DNA from: a virus | DNA: 64,000 nt | Virus record (IMG/VR): IMGVR_UViG_3300008108_000011 | Coordinates: 1-64,000 of that record | Reading direction: 5' to 3' (one strand) | Shown here: positions 59,747 to 64,000 of the stretch, one piece after another | Layout of the letters: every line of letters begins with the position of its first letter | Position numbering within the stretch: position 1 is the stretch's first letter | The notes under the pieces: generated by a model | What the model saw: only the letters and a program-made list of their open reading frames with translations | What the model was told of the DNA's origin: nothing | Database searches by the model: none | Program-made: the position numbers and the translations under genes

Positions 59747-60976
59747 ATGTTTTACCAAGAAGTAAAATCCGCAAGGGCAGCTGCAATAGGCACCATCATG
59801 CCCTGGACAGGACCAATTAGTGACGTTCCTAAGGGATGGGTATTCTGTAATGGTCAAACTGTTACAGCAAGTGAGTATCCATTATTAGTTCAGGCAATAG
59901 GTGATACCTATAATGCAGGAACTTCAGATCTTGGTGGGTCTTTTCCTAATTATAGTGGAAGTATAGTTCTTCCTAGTTTAAATGGAAAAGCATTGATGGA
60001 TTTGGAAGAATCATATTTTGCTAGTAGAGCAAGTGGTGGCACTGGAAGAGCAGCGGATACAAATACAGAGGCAAGAACTATTATTTCTCCGTATATTGGA
60101 ACTAACTCTGATAATTCTATTCCAGTTATTTTTAATGATGTCTATACTGATGTTATTTTTACATTAAATGATAGAAGTGGATATGGTGGTAGGATCAGAG
60201 GATCTAGTATTCAAAGAGGTGAGGCTTCTAGAACAGTTTATATTGCTCCAAGAAAATTAGGTAGAAATCATCTTAGGGGTCATAGACATTCTGGTAGTTA
60301 CGACACCATATCTAGAACTCCAGATTCATCTCCTGGTGATGGGGTAATTCCTTGGGATAATATGGAATTCAAATTTGGTCTTGGTATTCAAGACGTTGAA
60401 CCAGGACCTCAGGGTGATGTTTATGGTTTGAACTTTCAAATGACGAGAGGTGATACGTGGTCGGATATAGAAAGCAGAAGTGGTTTTGGTAGTGGTCAGG
60501 CAGGAAGAACTGTTGCTGCTGTTTGGTCTGAAAATCCTCCCATAAACTTATTTCCTCAATCTGTTCGTAGAACTCCTATTTCTGGTGCATTGCAAGATGC
60601 AAGATTAACTTCTGGCAGAACTGTTTCTTATGGTATAGGTGGAGGAACTGTTACTGTTCCTAGTGGGTATACAAATTATTATGCTGATCTTGGAACATCT
60701 ACAAATTATGGAACATTAAATAGTCATCCAGCATATGATTTCAATCAAAACTCAGGAGCAATTGGATTTAATCCAGTTATAGAACCACATAATCATGACG
60801 AAATAGATGTAACTTTTGATACTGGAAATCTTAGACCACAAAGTTCTTTGACGGCTAGTGCAAACATACCAGTAACTACTACATTAGATAATACTCAAAA
60901 TAGATCGGTATTGCAAGTTAATTTTAATACTTCGCAACCAGGATTAAATTGCATTTATATCATCAGAGCATACTAG
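59747..60976 (+). CDS. tail collar-domain fibre protein
   Basis: IGTIMPWTG...P.GW..CNGQ....YP.L...IG. Confidence 0.85.
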   Translation: MFYQEVKSARAAAIGTIMPWTGPISDVPKGWVFCNGQTVTASEYPLLVQAIGDTYNAGTSDLGGSFPNYSGSIVLPSLNGKALMDLEESYFASRASGGTGRAADTNTEARTIISPYIGTNSDNSIPVIFNDVYTDVIFTLNDRSGYGGRIRGSSIQRGEASRTVYIAPRKLGRNHLRGHRHSGSYDTISRTPDSSPGDGVIPWDNMEFKFGLGIQDVEPGPQGDVYGLNFQMTRGDTWSDIESRSGFGSGQAGRTVAAVWSENPPINLFPQSVRRTPISGALQDARLTSGRTVSYGIGGGTVTVPSGYTNYYADLGTSTNYGTLNSHPAYDFNQNSGAIGFNPVIEPHNHDEIDVTFDTGNLRPQSSLTASANIPVTTTLDNTQNRSVLQVNFNTSQPGLNCIYIIRAY

Positions 60977-60985
60977 GATAAAAAA

Positions 60986-61897
60986 ATGGCAGTTAGATAC
61001 GCTAATTACGCAAGAGAAAAATCTAGATTTGGTGGGTATTGTGGTGCTATTATTATGCATTCAACTCCTGGAGTTGGAGTTAACAATGACCCTACTTCTG
61101 CAGTATTTAAAAATAATTTACCAGCTGGTTATTTAAAATGTGATGGCACGGTAAAGAGTGTTAGAGATTTTTATGCTTTGGCTCAAATTCTTGGTGTTGG
61201 TGACGATTGTAGATTTAAAAAAGATGGAACTCAATTAAGAAATGCTGATCCCACGACAGGAGATTTGGGTCAATTTCAACTTCCAGATTTAGGATCTAAA
61301 GTTATTCTCCCAAACAGATCAACAGGAACATACGTTAATGATAGAGTAGAAACGGATGGTGGAACAACATCCACAAATATTGTTAATAGAGTGGGACCTC
61401 AAATTGAGGTCGCTAGTAATGTGGGAAATCGTATAGAAGTAAATTATTCTGGAAATCTACAAGTAACTGCTGCAAGTGGAATTAATTTTAGTGGAAATGC
61501 AAAATACAATATGGTAAGCACTTTATCCACTACAACATTAGGAATTGAAAATTTCCAAGGTCATGCTCACAATTCATCGCAAAGTTATTTAAATTTTTCT
61601 GCTACCCATAGAGTTGGATCAACAGGTGGTAAAGATGGTGGTAACTTAAGTGGAAATAGTGGATCTGGTAATGTGTTTGGAGAAACTCAGACAAATACTT
61701 CATCTCCATCAACACATAGTCATGGTATAATACGACCAACAACATATAATCCTAATCCATTTACTTATTCTTATTCTCAATTTAACGCTCCACTAGATAA
61801 TGTAGTTTCATATGTTGATATTGATATTCAAAATCAAGATAAATTAGATCAGGTTGTAACTCCTTTTATTCTAATTGAATATTTAATTAAGTTCTAA
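60986..61897 (+). CDS. tail collar-domain fibre protein
   Basis: LPAGYLKCDG...Y.LAQILG...FQLPDLGSK; C-terminal PFILIEYLIKF. Confidence 0.85.
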   Translation: MAVRYANYAREKSRFGGYCGAIIMHSTPGVGVNNDPTSAVFKNNLPAGYLKCDGTVKSVRDFYALAQILGVGDDCRFKKDGTQLRNADPTTGDLGQFQLPDLGSKVILPNRSTGTYVNDRVETDGGTTSTNIVNRVGPQIEVASNVGNRIEVNYSGNLQVTAASGINFSGNAKYNMVSTLSTTTLGIENFQGHAHNSSQSYLNFSATHRVGSTGGKDGGNLSGNSGSGNVFGETQTNTSSPSTHSHGIIRPTTYNPNPFTYSYSQFNAPLDNVVSYVDIDIQNQDKLDQVVTPFILIEYLIKF

Positions 61898-63603
61898 TGC
61901 CACAGTTAGCATCTATCACCAACACTCAAAATTATACTATACCACAAGATGTTTATAGTATGCGTATACGCATCTATGGAGCAGGAGGTGGTGGAGAATT
62001 TATTAATAATAATGTTGCACTAACATCCACTGCTGGAACTTCTGGTGGATCTTCGTCTTTTCTTGGATTAATTGCTGGTGGGGGAACTGGGGGTGGAATT
62101 GGTGGTAAAAATTCTGGTGGAAATGGGGGAGGAACTTCATTTACTTACAATTGGTCTAATTTAGGAGCTACTATTTCTACAGTTTCTGGTTCTAGTGGTG
62201 GAATTAGCACAGGTGGAACTGGTGGAAATATTGCGGGGGTTACAAAAAATGGAGGAAACGGTACACCAGGGCAAGTTAGCTATACATCTAATGTATATCA
62301 TGAATTTAATAATGAGACTAATGTTACTCTTTTTACTAGCAATAGCCCTGATTTGACAGTTTCAATTAATAACACTGGATCTCCTGACGGAACTCCATGT
62401 GGATTACCTCCTAGTGGAAAAAATTATGGAGTTTATTTTAATGTTCCTTTTGTTGATTCTAGTTATAGTGTAAGTGTATTTGGAGTATGTCAGCAAGCAG
62501 CTGCGGGTGGAACAGCTGGTGCTCCATATTCTTTGGATGGAATTGGTGCTAAAAGTGCAAATGGATTTCAAATATGGTTTACTACGGGAGCTTGTAAAAA
62601 TACTTACATTAGATGTTTTAGTTTTACTGCTACAGGATTGAAGGTAGGAGCGCGTGGGAGAGGAGGTGGTGGTGGAGCCCTAGAAACTACTCTTACTAGA
62701 GAAATGTTATTGGGATCTGGGGGGACATATTCACCAGGAACTACGCATACTGCTACAGTTGGGGGTGGTGGATCTAGAGGAGGGAATACTGCATTTGATG
62801 GTGCAAGTGGGTTGATTGATTTATATCTTTTGATTATTCCTAGGATTAGTTTAAGTGCTACTAGAACACAAATTGCAGTTGGGGAATCTACTACATTAAA
62901 TTGGTCAACCACTGGCGATGCTAGTAGTATTTCTTGGTCATCTGGAGGATTAACGAATGGAAATTTAGCTAGTAGCGCAACAGTTTCGCCAACAGTTACT
63001 ACTACATATACTGCTACCGCGAGTGGATTGGGTGGAACTTCCCCACCAGCAAGTGTTACTATAGTAGTTTATCAGAGACCTACGGCTTCAATTACAGTTC
63101 CTTCTACTTTATTGTATGGTCAACAGGGAACAATTAGTTACGATACAAATTACGCTAATACTAGTATCACAATAACGCCAACATATAGTTATGATAATGG
63201 CACTGTAACTGGAACCGTAGTTAATATCACTCCAGCTGCTTCTGCTGAAAATGGCTCAGCAGGAACTCAAGTTGCTGGTAGTTTCACATCATCAATACCC
63301 TACAATAATTATGGACCTAGAACAGTTCAATATACTTTAAATGCAGTTGGATCTGGTGGTAATACTACAGCACCTGTTACTAATACTACAATTATTATTG
63401 ACGAAACTCCAGAAAATGTTAATATTCCTGAAACGGAAGATGCGTTTAAAAACCAAGATCCAGTTTTCTCTCCTGATTATGATGTTACTTCGAGTTATTT
63501 GCAAGTATTAGATATTGATATTCCAGTAGAAATTAAAGCTAGTGCCCCAATTAAAGTAGATAAAAATTTACAAGAAAACTGGCAGGATGTAAGGAGATTA
63601 TAA
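61897..63603 (+). CDS. Gly-rich tail fibre protein with Ig/PKD-like domains
   Basis: GAGGGG repeats; I..GESTTL.WS...YT.TA Ig-like strand. Confidence 0.75.
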   Translation: MPQLASITNTQNYTIPQDVYSMRIRIYGAGGGGEFINNNVALTSTAGTSGGSSSFLGLIAGGGTGGGIGGKNSGGNGGGTSFTYNWSNLGATISTVSGSSGGISTGGTGGNIAGVTKNGGNGTPGQVSYTSNVYHEFNNETNVTLFTSNSPDLTVSINNTGSPDGTPCGLPPSGKNYGVYFNVPFVDSSYSVSVFGVCQQAAAGGTAGAPYSLDGIGAKSANGFQIWFTTGACKNTYIRCFSFTATGLKVGARGRGGGGGALETTLTREMLLGSGGTYSPGTTHTATVGGGGSRGGNTAFDGASGLIDLYLLIIPRISLSATRTQIAVGESTTLNWSTTGDASSISWSSGGLTNGNLASSATVSPTVTTTYTATASGLGGTSPPASVTIVVYQRPTASITVPSTLLYGQQGTISYDTNYANTSITITPTYSYDNGTVTGTVVNITPAASAENGSAGTQVAGSFTSSIPYNNYGPRTVQYTLNAVGSGGNTTAPVTNTTIIIDETPENVNIPETEDAFKNQDPVFSPDYDVTSSYLQVLDIDIPVEIKASAPIKVDKNLQENWQDVRRL

Positions 63604-63604
63604 A

Positions 63605-64000
63605 ATGCCAATATATTCAACTAGTAGAGATGTAGGGTGGAATGCATGTAGTAACTCTAATTGGAGTTCATTCATGAATAGTTATGCATCAACTCCTTAT
63701 AATCCAAGTCAAACTACTGGGTTGAGGGGAGTTGTAATAACTGGAGGTTGGAATATTAATGCTCCTTATTCTGGCAACTATACATTGACAGTTGCTACAG
63801 ATGATTATGGAACTATAAATTATAGTGGAACTACATTTAGTTCTGGTGGATTCACTACAAGTGGAAATAGTTCTACTAAGTATTTTTCTCAAGGGCAAAA
63901 TATTGCGTGGTCTTGGAGTGTGCAGAATAGCACTAGTTCTGATAGTTTTATATTTAATCCTGTTGCTATCGCTTTTACTTTAGATGGTCCTTCTAGACCA
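63605..64000 (+). CDS. tail-associated protein, partial (PA14-like sugar-binding strand YTLTVATDDYG)
   Basis: Translated by hand from ATG 63605; open to the window end. Confidence 0.6.
   Translation, partial: MPIYSTSRDVGWNACSNSNWSSFMNSYASTPYNPSQTTGLRGVVITGGWNINAPYSGNYTLTVATDDYGTINYSGTTFSSGGFTTSGNSSTKYFSQGQNIAWSWSVQNSTSSDSFIFNPVAIAFTLDGPSRP

Overview
This is a 64-kb fragment of a T4-like cyanomyophage (Kyanoviridae-type), probably infecting a freshwater Synechococcus/Cyanobium-like host; the host is an inference from the very large tRNA set. Left to right it contains: (1) 1-13 kb, an accessory region with small ORFs, three secreted-type genes, a phage-tail-lysozyme gene, 23 tRNAs, an outer-membrane beta-barrel plus inner-membrane permease pair, several structured non-coding spacers, and a tandem glutamine-riboswitch-like element ahead of a DUF4278 peptide; (2) 13-21 kb, a photosynthesis island (hli x2, petF, psbA, speD) interrupted by an inverted tail-fibre gene; (3) 21-28.5 kb, replication genes (rnh, thyX, denV-like, phoH, exonuclease, gp33, gp32); (4) 28.5-46 kb, baseplate and tail genes (gp53, 48, 2, 4, tail-tube-like, 26, 51, three tape-measure-like proteins, hub, cp12, split gp5); (5) 46-64 kb, three more tRNAs, cpeT, a ~4045-aa late structural protein and tail-collar/fibre genes. 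The top finding is in the giant structural protein. It carries five phycobiliprotein-like (globin-fold) domains nested inside one another. Each domain keeps a Cys84-type bilin motif (KCxRDIG) and a beta-Cys155-type motif (e.g. GECATVANSIVNYF). The gene lies directly downstream of the phage T-type bilin lyase, which suggests a virion protein chromophorylated by a phage enzyme. All homology calls were made by eye from remembered family motifs; no searches were run.
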